A DNA stretch of 60,914 bases, from positions 1-60,914 of the forward strand of contig JBBQVZ010000001.1 in the NCBI GenBank assembly GCA_038211015.1. Reading direction: 5' to 3'. Position numbers and translations under genes: made by a program. Shown here one piece after another: positions 1-9,035 of the stretch; within the stretch, counting starts at the first letter, position 1, and every line of letters starts with the position of its first letter. Source of the stretch: Actinomycetota bacterium. Its GTDB lineage: Bacteria > Actinomycetota > UBA4738 > HRBIN12. The notes under the pieces are model-generated. The model saw only the letters and a program-made list of their open reading frames with translations. It was not told the origin of the DNA and made no database searches.

Positions 1-1116
1 GTGCTCGTGCTGGGGGCCGGCTTCGGCGGGCTCGAGCTCTCCTCCCGGTTGTCGCGCGAGCTCGGCGAGCTGGTCGACGTTACGCTGATCGACCGTGCCG
101 ACGCCTTCGTGTTCGGCTTCGCGAAGCTGGACGTGATGTTCGGCAAACAGACCACCGCCGCGGTCCGCCACTCCTACCGGGACATCCAGACGCCGTACGT
201 CCGGTTCCGACAGGAGACCGTCACGGCGATCGACCCGGTCGCGCGGCGCGTCACGACCGACCTCGATGCGTATGAGGCCGACGTCCTGGTGGTGGCGCTC
301 GGCGCCGACTACGACCTCGCCGCGACGCCGGGTCTGGTCGAGGTAGGCAACGAGTTCTACTCGGTGGCGGGAGCCGAGACCCTGCGCGACGTGCTGCCGT
401 CCTTCCGGACCGGCGCGGCGATCGTCGGCGTGTGCGGAGCCCCGTTCAAGTGCCCACCCGCGCCGAGCGAGGCGGCGCTCCTGCTGGACGAGTACCTGCG
501 CGAGCGGGGCGTGCGCGACGACGTGACGATCCAGGTCGTGATCCCGTTCGGCACGCCGATCCCGCCGTCGCCCTCCACGTCCGACGCGATCCTGGCGGCG
601 TTCGCCGAGCGGGGCATCGAGTACGTGCCCGACCGGCGCGTCGCGTCCCTCGACACGGGTGAGGTGGTGCTCGACGACGGCCGGCGCCTTCCCTTCGACC
701 TGTTCCTGGGCATCCCGGTGCACCGGGCGCCGCAGGTGATCGAAGACTCGGGGATGGCGAAGGATGGTTGGATACCGGTCGACCCGGGGACGCTCGCGAC
801 CACCTTCCCCGGCGTCTACGCGGTGGGCGACGTCACGAGCGTGGGCACGCCCAAGGCCGGCGTGTTCGCCGAGCGCCAGGCGAGCGCGGTGGCCGACCAC
901 CTGATCGCACAGATACGCGGTGATTCCGAGCCCGACGGCTACGACGGCACGGGCACCTGTTACATCGAGATGGGGAACCACGAGGTCGGCCGTATCGACG
1001 TGGACTTCTACTCGACGCCGGGCCGACCGACCGGCACGTTCGTCGCGCCGTCGCCGGAGACGGCCGCCGAGAAGGTCGACTTCGCGTCCATCCGCCGCGC
1101 CCGCTGGTTCTCGTGA
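1..1116 (+). CDS. NAD(P)/FAD-dependent oxidoreductase, sulfide:quinone oxidoreductase-like (5' end probably cut by the window edge)
   Basis: GAGFGG dinucleotide-binding motif at residues 5-10. KCPPAP and AVGD motifs. GC3-rich frame. The ORF starts at base 1. Confidence 0.75.
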   Translation: MLVLGAGFGGLELSSRLSRELGELVDVTLIDRADAFVFGFAKLDVMFGKQTTAAVRHSYRDIQTPYVRFRQETVTAIDPVARRVTTDLDAYEADVLVVALGADYDLAATPGLVEVGNEFYSVAGAETLRDVLPSFRTGAAIVGVCGAPFKCPPAPSEAALLLDEYLRERGVRDDVTIQVVIPFGTPIPPSPSTSDAILAAFAERGIEYVPDRRVASLDTGEVVLDDGRRLPFDLFLGIPVHRAPQVIEDSGMAKDGWIPVDPGTLATTFPGVYAVGDVTSVGTPKAGVFAERQASAVADHLIAQIRGDSEPDGYDGTGTCYIEMGNHEVGRIDVDFYSTPGRPTGTFVAPSPETAAEKVDFASIRRARWFS

Positions 1117-1913
1117 CCGGGTCACCGCAGACCTGGCACTACGGCCTGATGGCCAAGTGGTGGTCGGAGTTCGTGCAGGACGGCCCCGAGATCGACTACT
1201 TCCGAACGTTCATCAAGAACGGCGGGCAGCCGGCGCTCGACGTGGGCTGCGGGACGGGCCGGTTGCTCCTGCCCTACCTCCGGGCCGGCCTCGACGTAGA
1301 TGGTTGCGACGTCTCCCCGGATATGATCGCGCTCTGCGCCGAACAGGCTGCGCGCGAGCGGCTCTCGCCGGCGCTCTCTGTGCAGGCGATGCACGAGCTC
1401 GACCTGACTCGTCGATACCGGACGATCTACGTGTGCGGAGCGTTCGGGTTGGCGAGCACACGCGAGCAGGACCGGGAGGCGCTCAGACGGTTCCACGACC
1501 ACCTGGAACCGGGCGGGACGCTCGTGCTCGACAACGAGGTCCCGTATTCGGATGCGGATGTGTGGCGGTACTGGCCCAAGGGTGCGCGCACGTCGCTGCC
1601 GGAACCGTTCGAGCCTTCAGAGGAGCGGCATCTGGCCTCCGATGGGGCGGAGTACTCGTTGGCGATCAGGGTCCTGGACGTCGATCCGCTGGAGCAGTGC
1701 ACGACGCTCGAGATGCACGCGGAGATGTGGCGTGACGGGGAGCTGGTCGCAGAAGAGGATCACGCGCTGACCGCTCGCTCGTACTTCCGGGACGAGCTCG
1801 TGCTGATGCTGGAAGGCGCCGGGTTCGTGGACATCGTCGTCCACGGGGGATACACCAACGAACAGGCGATGGCCGATCACGACTTCCTGGTGTTCGTGGC
1901 CAAGCGTTCCTAG
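1113..1913 (+). CDS. class I SAM-dependent methyltransferase
   Basis: LDVGCGTGRL motif I. The GTG start overlaps the upstream TGA (GTGA at 1113-1116). Confidence 0.8.
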   Translation: MTGSPQTWHYGLMAKWWSEFVQDGPEIDYFRTFIKNGGQPALDVGCGTGRLLLPYLRAGLDVDGCDVSPDMIALCAEQAARERLSPALSVQAMHELDLTRRYRTIYVCGAFGLASTREQDREALRRFHDHLEPGGTLVLDNEVPYSDADVWRYWPKGARTSLPEPFEPSEERHLASDGAEYSLAIRVLDVDPLEQCTTLEMHAEMWRDGELVAEEDHALTARSYFRDELVLMLEGAGFVDIVVHGGYTNEQAMADHDFLVFVAKRS

Positions 1914-4900
1914 CCCGATCCCTCCAGGAACGTCCGGGTTGTCGCAGCTGCGGCCTGATTGCCTTTGCGTTCGAAGAGCGCGAGCGCTTCGCGTGCCGCC
2001 GCCTCAGCATCAGCCGGTTTCCCGGCCATCCGCTCGATCCTTGCCAGATCCATGACTATGGCACCTTGAGTTCCAGGGCATTCGGCGTCTTGGAGCAACT
2101 GAATAGCCTCTTGCACGAGGCGCTCAGCTTCTTCGACCTCGCCTCGTGCGGCGAGCACCAGCGCCTGCGCCGATCGTCCGAACGCCTGCGACCCCAGGTC
2201 GTCCTCGGCGCTGGCGCTCCGGGCGATCGCGGCGAACCCCTCAGCCTCGTCGAACCGGTCGAGCATGCACAGAACTCTGGCGAGGTTCGCTGCGGCCGTC
2301 GACTTGAAAGACTCATGGCTCGTCTTGTCGTAGATGTCGAAGCTCTGCCGGAGAGCTCGCTCGGCGGCGATCGCGTCGCCGGCCTCGATCTCCACGTCAG
2401 CGAGGAAGCCCTCATAGACGGCGACCATCACTCGGGCTCCGAGCCCTTCGGCGATCTCGATCGCGAGCCTGGTGAGGCGCCGTGCCTCGTCGAAGGATCC
2501 CTCCATGGCTTGGAACGACCCGCGGACCGCAAGGGCGGAAGCTTCGAGCGAACGGTTGCGGGAGATGTCCTCGCTGAGCTCGTCCAACGTCTGACGTCCA
2601 TCCTCTGGCGTGGCGAAGCCGAAGCATTGCGAGAACAGCAGGTACCGCAGGGCGTCGGTGAGTAGCAGGTCGTCGCCGCTCCGTCGAGCGTGGTCCACGG
2701 CTCGGCGCGCCGCGCTTTCGGCGCGCTGGAACCGGCCCGGCACGAAATCGAGGAATGCGAGCTTCGCCCAAGCCGTCGCCAGGCCCGTCTCATCGCCGAG
2801 ATCCTCGAACCGCCGGATCGCCTCCTCGAGCTCCTCGCGGAACGCGTCCGTGGAGAGGCTGTGGGGATCGACATCCGTCTGCAGTTCGGAACGGCTGACG
2901 CGGGCAAGCCACTCGAGCGACAGGTCGCCCGAGACGGTCGCGAGCCCGACCACCTCATCGAAGGCCGCGAAAGATGCCTGGGCGTCGTCGACCTCGCCGA
3001 GAGCTACGCCGAGGTGGTACAGCGTCGCCTCGCGTTCGGCGCTGCCCGGCGCACCGACCGCCAACGCTCGTCGCAGGAGGTTCGCGGCAGCGCGGAAATC
3101 CCCACGGCTCGACGCTCGCCTACCCGCCGTTGCGAGATGGGAAGCGGCCCTACGGCCGAGCGCATCAGACCGCTCGTCCGCGGGTGCGAGCTCGGTTCGG
3201 TACGTGCATGCCTGCTCCAGGTGGTAGCCGACGATCTCCTCCTGCTCGATGACCGCGTCTCCGGCCACCCGCTCAAGCCAATCCGCGACACGCTCGTGCA
3301 GATCGGCACGTCGGGCTTTCGCGATCGCGTCGTACGCCGAGTCTCGGACCAGCAGATGCCGGAACCGGAACGCATCTTCGCCGGGGAGCGTCGTGCGCTC
3401 GGGATGGATCAGCTCCTTGCGCACGAGCGCCATCAGGTCCGACGGCGCGCGCTGTCGGGCGTCCTCGGGCACGAGGTCGCGGATGGCACCGACGAAGAAG
3501 TCCTTCCCGATCACCGCCGCCGCCTCGATAACCGTGCGTTCTTCAGGCGTCAACCGATCCAGCCGAGCGGCGAGCAGCGCGTGGATCGAGGGAGGAACTG
3601 TAACGGTGGAAGGGTCCCCGATCATGCGCCATCCCCCGTCGTCACGAGCGATGAGCTCGTCGTCGATCAACATCGCGAGGGTTTCCTCGACGAATAGCGG
3701 ATTGCCTTCGGCCTTCTCCACGATCGCCCGAGCGAGCTGCGGCGGGAGCTCCACCGAGCCGAGGAGGTTCGCGACGAGCACTCGTGCCTGTTCCTCCGTG
3801 AGTGGCTGGAGCGACACGGTCGCGGCGTTCAGCTTCCCTCCGCCCCACGCAGGCCGAACGTCGAGGAGGTCGGTGCGCGCCATGCACAGCAGCAGGATCG
3901 ACGAGCCTCGAGACCAGTCCGCGATGTGGTCGACGAGATCGAGGAACGTGGGCTCGCCCCAATGGACATCATCGAACACGAGCACGAGAGGGCGCTCGCG
4001 CGCCGTGGCTTCGAAGAACCGGCGGATCGCCCAGAACGTCTCTTCACCGGCGGCCGAATCGGCGACACCCATCAGCTGCGACACGTGGCGGCACACGAGC
4101 TCCTGGTGCTCGTCGCCCTCGAGCACTGCGCAGACCTTCGCCTCAACGATCTCTGGAAGATCGAAGTCGGCGAGCCCGGCGGCCTGCTTGATCGCCTCGA
4201 CGACCGGATAGTACGTGATGCCCTCGCCATAGGGCAGACACCTGCCGATCAAGACCGCCGCTCCGTCGCCGAGGCCCGAGATGAACTCCTCGACCAGACG
4301 AGATTTCCCGACGCCGGCGGACCCGAATAGGGTGAAGAGCTGGCACCCCGCGTCCTCGACAGACGCGTCGTAGGCCTGACGCAGCTGCGCCAGCTGTCGC
4401 TCACGTCCGATCATCGGCGAGCCCATGGATCTCGGCACGGCGGAGCTCACGTCGCGCACACGGAGGAGTTGCCAGGCCTGGACGCGCTCAGTCTTTCCTT
4501 TGACCTCGAGCGGTTCGACCGGTTCCACGTCCACCGAGTCGCGCACCAGCCTCAAGGTGCCTTCGCCCAGGAGGATCTCGCCGGGTGCTGCATGTTGCTC
4601 GAGCCGAGCGGCAACATTCACGGTGTCGCCTGTCACGAACGCCTGCCCGGCGGTCGCATCGCCTGCCACGACCTCGCCCGTGTTCACGCCGATGCGCACC
4701 TGGATCTCGACCCCCCGATCGCGCTCGAGCTCCTTGTTCAGCGCGGCGAGCCCTTCCCGCATGTCGACGGCCGCCCGCGCGGCTCGCAACGCGTCGTCCT
4801 CATGGAGCTGAGGGATCCCGAACACGGCCATCACCGCGTCGCCGATGTATTTCTCGACGGTTCCCCCGTGTCGCTCGATGGCCTCGCGCATCGCCCCGAA

Positions 4901-5140
4901 GTAGCGCGACTGCACGTCGCGGAGCGATTCGGGATCCAGGCGTTCGCCGAGCGCCGTCGAGCCGGTCACGTCGCAGAACACGATCGTGACCGTCTTGCGG
5001 ACCTCGCGATCGATGGCCTTGGGCGCCAGCGGTGACGAGCACGCGGGACAGAACGCGTAGTCATCGGGACTCCCTCGGCCGCAGCTCGGACAGATCAGCA
5101 CGTCGCGAGCGTACGGCGACGAGGCGGGCGGCGCCATCAT
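1910..5140 (-). CDS. zinc-ribbon / class III adenylate-guanylate cyclase / STAND P-loop ATPase / TPR multidomain protein
   Basis: N-terminal CPSCG..CPAC. Cyclase motifs FCDVTGST, YIGDAVMAVFG and GDTVNVAARLE. Walker A GSAGVGKS. Long helical TPR-like C-terminus. Start taken at the MM (5140/5137), because the upstream 32 codons of the ORF are antisense to an MBL remnant. Confidence 0.85.
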   Translation of the reverse strand: MMAPPASSPYARDVLICPSCGRGSPDDYAFCPACSSPLAPKAIDREVRKTVTIVFCDVTGSTALGERLDPESLRDVQSRYFGAMREAIERHGGTVEKYIGDAVMAVFGIPQLHEDDALRAARAAVDMREGLAALNKELERDRGVEIQVRIGVNTGEVVAGDATAGQAFVTGDTVNVAARLEQHAAPGEILLGEGTLRLVRDSVDVEPVEPLEVKGKTERVQAWQLLRVRDVSSAVPRSMGSPMIGRERQLAQLRQAYDASVEDAGCQLFTLFGSAGVGKSRLVEEFISGLGDGAAVLIGRCLPYGEGITYYPVVEAIKQAAGLADFDLPEIVEAKVCAVLEGDEHQELVCRHVSQLMGVADSAAGEETFWAIRRFFEATARERPLVLVFDDVHWGEPTFLDLVDHIADWSRGSSILLLCMARTDLLDVRPAWGGGKLNAATVSLQPLTEEQARVLVANLLGSVELPPQLARAIVEKAEGNPLFVEETLAMLIDDELIARDDGGWRMIGDPSTVTVPPSIHALLAARLDRLTPEERTVIEAAAVIGKDFFVGAIRDLVPEDARQRAPSDLMALVRKELIHPERTTLPGEDAFRFRHLLVRDSAYDAIAKARRADLHERVADWLERVAGDAVIEQEEIVGYHLEQACTYRTELAPADERSDALGRRAASHLATAGRRASSRGDFRAAANLLRRALAVGAPGSAEREATLYHLGVALGEVDDAQASFAAFDEVVGLATVSGDLSLEWLARVSRSELQTDVDPHSLSTDAFREELEEAIRRFEDLGDETGLATAWAKLAFLDFVPGRFQRAESAARRAVDHARRSGDDLLLTDALRYLLFSQCFGFATPEDGRQTLDELSEDISRNRSLEASALAVRGSFQAMEGSFDEARRLTRLAIEIAEGLGARVMVAVYEGFLADVEIEAGDAIAAERALRQSFDIYDKTSHESFKSTAAANLARVLCMLDRFDEAEGFAAIARSASAEDDLGSQAFGRSAQALVLAARGEVEEAERLVQEAIQLLQDAECPGTQGAIVMDLARIERMAGKPADAEAAAREALALFERKGNQAAAATTRTFLEGSG

Positions 5141-5150
5141 TGGGACCGGC

Positions 5151-5600
5151 GCGGCGCCGAAGAACCAAGCCGGCGTCGGCCGGTACCTGCTGCGGCCCGA
5201 GGCGTACCGGACGCTGTTCGGGCTGATGCGTCGCAAGGGCCTGAAGATCGTCCCGATCCTCGAGCTCTCGACGTTTGGCGACGGCGAGACGCTCGACGTC
5301 CCCGGGCGTCCTCGCGTCGTGCACGCGCCCGGTCACACCGCCGGCAGCTGCGCGATGCTGTTCGAGCAGCGGCGCGCGCTGGTGACCGGCGACGCGCTCG
5401 CGATGCGCAACCCGCTCACCGGTCGCATCGGGCCGCAGATCGCACCAGACGGCCTGAATCGCGACTCCGAGATGGCGCTCAGATCGCTCGACGCGCTCGC
5501 ATCGCTCCCTGCGGACCTGGTGCTGACCGGCCATGGGGAGCCGTGGACCGACGGGATCGAGGAGGCGGTCCGCTTGGCGAAGCTCGCCGGCCGGACGTGA
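5151..5600 (+). pseudogene. MBL-fold metallo-hydrolase, 5'-truncated remnant (C-terminal half only)
   Basis: Has HAPGHTAGS, TGDAL and LTGHGEPW (MBL motifs 3-5) but no HxHxDH motif. The frame is closed by TAG at 5058-5060. The missing N-terminal half would lie inside the opposite-strand cyclase gene. The left boundary is approximate. Confidence 0.55.
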
Positions 5601-5604
5601 CAGT

Positions 5605-5700
5605 GTCCACCGGTTGACGCATGCGACCTGCAGCGTTGTCCGTCAACCTGTGGACGCCGGGCTGGGATCGGAGAGCCGACGCGTGGCCACCGGTTGACGC
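5605..5700. repeat. three copies of a 14-15 nt motif CCACCGGTTGACGCA (two direct, one inverted)
   Basis: GTCCACCGGTTGACG at 5605-5619. Inverted copy CGTCAACCTGTGGAC at 5641-5655 (1 mismatch, 21-nt loop). Direct copy CCACCGGTTGACGCA at 5686-5700. Confidence 0.5.
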
Positions 5701-5793
5701 ACGCCACCGAGCCGACTCACGCGAACGGAACCCGAGCACCCACCCCCGCCGCTAGCATCGGGGGATGGCGGGGACACGGGCTAACTGATCGGC

Positions 5794-6219
5794 ATGGGAC
5801 CTCTCCGCGTGACCCGGTCGGTCCTCGTCCCCGAGGGGGAGCTGAAGTGGCGGTTCAGCCGCTCATCCGGTCCCGGCGGTCAGTCGGTCAACACCGCGGA
5901 CTCGCGCGTGGAGCTCAGCCTGGACATCGAGACCACGACGGCGCTCGGGCCCGTGCAACGGGCCCGAGCGCTGGACCGCCTGGCAGGCCGTCTGGTCGGC
6001 GGCGTGCTCACGGTGTCCAGCCAAGAGGAACGCTCGCAGCTCCGCAATCGCGAGATCGCTCGCAAGCGGCTGGCCGACGTGCTGGCCGAAGCCGTCGCGC
6101 CACCTCCGCCCCACAGACGCCCGACGCGGGCAACCCGGGCGTCGACGGAACGTCGCCTCGCCGAGAAGCGCCGCCGCGCGAAGATCAAGCGGCTCCGACG
6201 CCCCGACGACGAGGACTGA
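5794..6219 (+). CDS. arfB: alternative ribosome-rescue factor ArfB (peptidyl-tRNA hydrolase, GGQ)
   Basis: SGPGGQSVN motif and a basic C-terminal tail (RRPTRATRASTERRLAEKRRRAKIK). Collinear with E. coli YaeJ as I recall it. Confidence 0.85.
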   Translation: MGPLRVTRSVLVPEGELKWRFSRSSGPGGQSVNTADSRVELSLDIETTTALGPVQRARALDRLAGRLVGGVLTVSSQEERSQLRNREIARKRLADVLAEAVAPPPPHRRPTRATRASTERRLAEKRRRAKIKRLRRPDDED

Positions 6220-6295
6220 TCCCGCTCGCTGGGAACCTTATGGCGTCGGGGAGCCGTCCAGGAACGGACTTCTCCTCCCCGGAAGGGAGCACGCC

Positions 6296-6880
6296 ATGAA
6301 CGTGTCTCGCAGGTACCCCGCTCGTCTCGTCCTCGCGATCGTCGCAGCTGCCGCCGTCTTGGTGGTCGGTGCCGCGACCGCGTCAGGCCAAGGAGCTCCG
6401 TCGTCCGAAGAAACGTCGAGTGGTGGTGGAACGTCCGGCTCGACGGGTGTCGCCGTCGACGCACCCACCACCGTGACGAAGCCGGACGTCGCCGTCTCCT
6501 CCGGGATCGCCGCACCCTCGTGGTGCTGCGGTGGAGCGACGGGCTACGTCCCCGGTCTCACGACCTACGGGCAAGCGACCGTGGACTCACAGGATCCGGC
6601 CGCACGCGACGCCGCGATCGCCGCTGCCGTCAAGGACGCGACGGACCAGGCGAACGCCGCGGCCGACGCCGCCGGCATCACGCTCGGCGCCATCATCGAC
6701 ATGCAGGTCTCCGCGGCTCCGTACTACGCGTATCCGATGATGGGAACCGCCGTCGGAGCGTCCGGATCGTCGTCGGGATCGCCGGGTAGCGGCGGTGGCG
6801 GCATGGAACCGGCTCCCGTTCCGGTTCCCGACATGTACCTCGGCTCCGTGAGCGTTACGATCACCTGGTCGCTCGGCTGA
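6296..6880 (+). CDS. secreted SIMPL-domain (DUF541)-like protein
   Basis: Signal peptide ending ATASGQ. SIMPL-like segment (DAAIAAAVKDATDQANAAADAAGITLGAI). GGAAGGGAG RBS upstream. Confidence 0.6.
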   Translation: MNVSRRYPARLVLAIVAAAAVLVVGAATASGQGAPSSEETSSGGGTSGSTGVAVDAPTTVTKPDVAVSSGIAAPSWCCGGATGYVPGLTTYGQATVDSQDPAARDAAIAAAVKDATDQANAAADAAGITLGAIIDMQVSAAPYYAYPMMGTAVGASGSSSGSPGSGGGGMEPAPVPVPDMYLGSVSVTITWSLG

Positions 6881-6901
6881 CCCTCCGGGCTCCCTCGCCC
6901 G

Positions 6902-8638
6902 TCAGCGCACGTCGGAGAGGGGCGGGCTGACGGGACGGGGTGTCCACTTCGCGCTGAGGAGCCGTCCCTCGGCGTCGACCGACACCGCCAGGTCTAGCGT
7001 TCCGCGCTCGGCGATCACCTCGAACGTCGCGCTCGAGCCGTCGGCAGCGATCGGAACCCCCAGCCGGCCCGGTCCGAGCAACGTCCGCACGAGGAACAGA
7101 TCGCGCTCCACCACCGCGCGATCGACGTCGTCACCGAGCGAGATCTCGAGCGTTCCTCCGTTCGCCGACGCGACGAGCGCCCTCGCCGCGGCGCGGGCGC
7201 GCGGATCGGGTTCGGGCACCGAGGTCAGCTCGAGCCACTGGACCTTCGGCACCGGCTGCGGGTCCAACGTGATCTCCACCTTGACGCGTCCGCGACCGGC
7301 CTCGCCTTCGAGCCACCACGCCGCGTGAAACGGCGTATCGGATGTCGGTGCCTCGTCGGAGCGGCGCAACGCTCCGTGCGTCTCGCGTAACCGTTCGATC
7401 GCGGCGCGGCGTTGCTCGAGCGGCTCGTCCATGTCGACGTTCAGCGAGAACGTGGCCGCGGCGGACGCGTCGTCCCACGACTCGAGCAGCCGTTCGATCG
7501 CATCTCTCGCTGCCTCGAGTGCCGGCGCCGGCGAGAGTCGACGGATCGGTGCCGCCTTCGCGCGGACGAGCGCCGTCAGCATCTGCTCGCCGATCTTCAC
7601 CGCGGGGAAGTACGTCCGGTTGCCCAAGACGACGACGCCCACGCCGCTCGCGGGATGCCACCGCATGTGCGATCCGAACCCGGGGTACCCGCCGCTGTGT
7701 CCCACCACTGTCCCGAGCTCCAGATCCGCTCGCACGAACGTCCCGAAGCCGTAGCCGACCACCGACGCCGTCGGCAGCTCGGCGATCGACGTCCACGTGA
7801 CCTCCGGCTCGATGGGGCGGTGGACCTGCTGCATCTCCAGGCGGGACGCGCGCGACAGCGGATGCTCGTCGGCGTCGCCGCCGGAGGCGAACGCTCTGGC
7901 GAACCCGTCGACCCACTTCGCGAGGTCGCGCACGGTGCTGAAGAGGCCGCCCATCGACGCGAACGCGCCGTGGCCGGCGAACGGCTCCTCGATGAACGCA
8001 TCGTCGCGCCGGACGTACCCGGTCGCCAGACGGTCTGAAGGGAACTCGCCGGCTTCGAATCCGGTCGAGGCCATGCCCATCGGCTCGAGCAAGCGTGACC
8101 GGATGACGTCGCGGTACTCCCGTCCCGTCACGTTCGAGATGACGCGGCCGAGGATCGCGTACCCGAGGTTCGAGTACTCGAACGCCGTTCCCGGCATCCA
8201 CGCGAACGACTGTCCCTGCTCCAGGAACTCCCCGAACCGATCGGGATCCAGATCCTGCTGGCGATCTCCCCACGGGTCGTCGCCCGGGAAGCCGGCGGAC
8301 ATCGTCAGCAGGTGCCGCAGCGTGATCGGCGGCGCGCCCGCGTGGGACGGGCGCTGACCCTGCAGCTCGGGGACGTGGGTCGCCGCGGTGTCGTCCAGGT
8401 GGAGGTGTTCCTCGTCCCTGAGCAGGAGCACCGTCGCCGCAGTGAAGCTCTTGGTCATGGAGGCGATGCGGAACACGGTGTCGGGTGCTGGCGGCGTCTC
8501 CGTCCCGGTGTTCGTGGTCCCGACGCCGCGGGTGTGGACGAGCTCGCCGTCGACGATCACGCCGTAGGCAACGCCGGGCACCAACTCGCCGGCGACGAAC
8601 GCGTCGACGAGCCGATCCACTTCGGCGAAGTCAGTCAC
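6902..8638 (-). CDS. serine hydrolase (beta-lactamase / PBP-like family) with a C-terminal extra domain
   Basis: SMTK (SxxK) motif, YSN motif, HSGG. The GTG start at 8638 overlaps the upstream stop (GTGA). The longer 697-aa ORF extension is an Arg-rich artefact. Confidence 0.8.
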   Translation of the reverse strand: MTDFAEVDRLVDAFVAGELVPGVAYGVIVDGELVHTRGVGTTNTGTETPPAPDTVFRIASMTKSFTAATVLLLRDEEHLHLDDTAATHVPELQGQRPSHAGAPPITLRHLLTMSAGFPGDDPWGDRQQDLDPDRFGEFLEQGQSFAWMPGTAFEYSNLGYAILGRVISNVTGREYRDVIRSRLLEPMGMASTGFEAGEFPSDRLATGYVRRDDAFIEEPFAGHGAFASMGGLFSTVRDLAKWVDGFARAFASGGDADEHPLSRASRLEMQQVHRPIEPEVTWTSIAELPTASVVGYGFGTFVRADLELGTVVGHSGGYPGFGSHMRWHPASGVGVVVLGNRTYFPAVKIGEQMLTALVRAKAAPIRRLSPAPALEAARDAIERLLESWDDASAAATFSLNVDMDEPLEQRRAAIERLRETHGALRRSDEAPTSDTPFHAAWWLEGEAGRGRVKVEITLDPQPVPKVQWLELTSVPEPDPRARAAARALVASANGGTLEISLGDDVDRAVVERDLFLVRTLLGPGRLGVPIAADGSSATFEVIAERGTLDLAVSVDAEGRLLSAKWTPRPVSPPLSDVR

Positions 8639-9030
8639 TCGATCGTGTAGTCGAGGCTGATCGTGGCCTTCTCGCCGAGCGGCGCGTTGAACGTTCCTTG
8701 GCCCGTCAGTCCGGCGAGGTCGCCGGTGCCGGAGCCCGTGATCACGGACCAGGTTCCCTTCGCCTCGCCTCCGTCGAAGATGCCGTTGCTCTCGACGACG
8801 AAGCTGCCGCTCTTGCCTCCGAGCGATCCATCGATCCGCTGGAGTCCGACGTAGTTCGCCGTGCCGTCCAGCCGGTAGCACATCAGCCACTCGGTCTCGC
8901 TGCTGCCGGAGATGTCCCCCGTCATGCTCCCGGTGACGCTGGCTCGCGTGAGCTTGGCGTCGCCATCGAGCTCCTTGTACGTCTCCTCGTTCCACGATCC
9001 GACCGCGAACTCAGCGGTTGCACTCGACAT
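8635..9030 (-). CDS. DUF3224-like protein
   Basis: 131-aa beta-rich protein. GGAGGAGG RBS upstream of the ATG at 9030. GC3-rich. Confidence 0.65.
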   Translation of the reverse strand: MSSATAEFAVGSWNEETYKELDGDAKLTRASVTGSMTGDISGSSETEWLMCYRLDGTANYVGLQRIDGSLGGKSGSFVVESNGIFDGGEAKGTWSVITGSGTGDLAGLTGQGTFNAPLGEKATISLDYTIE

Positions 9031-9035
9031 GTCTG

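Noticed and set aside
1910-5140. Cyclase-STAND-TPR protein as an Avs-like antiviral sensor.
   Set aside because: The domain order matches a widespread actinobacterial signalling family. There are no neighbouring effector, mobile or defence genes. It is kept only as a moderate-interest finding.
6902-8995. N-terminal extensions of track ORFs. Examples are the 697-aa form of the serine hydrolase, the 626-aa form of pirin, the 476-aa form of the BadF ATPase, the 572-aa form of the PHP protein, the 398-aa form of the AKR, and the 409-aa form of the PLD.
   Set aside because: The extensions are Arg-rich junk that overlaps the upstream genes. Internal starts with an RBS or 4-nt coupling give proteins of the normal family length.
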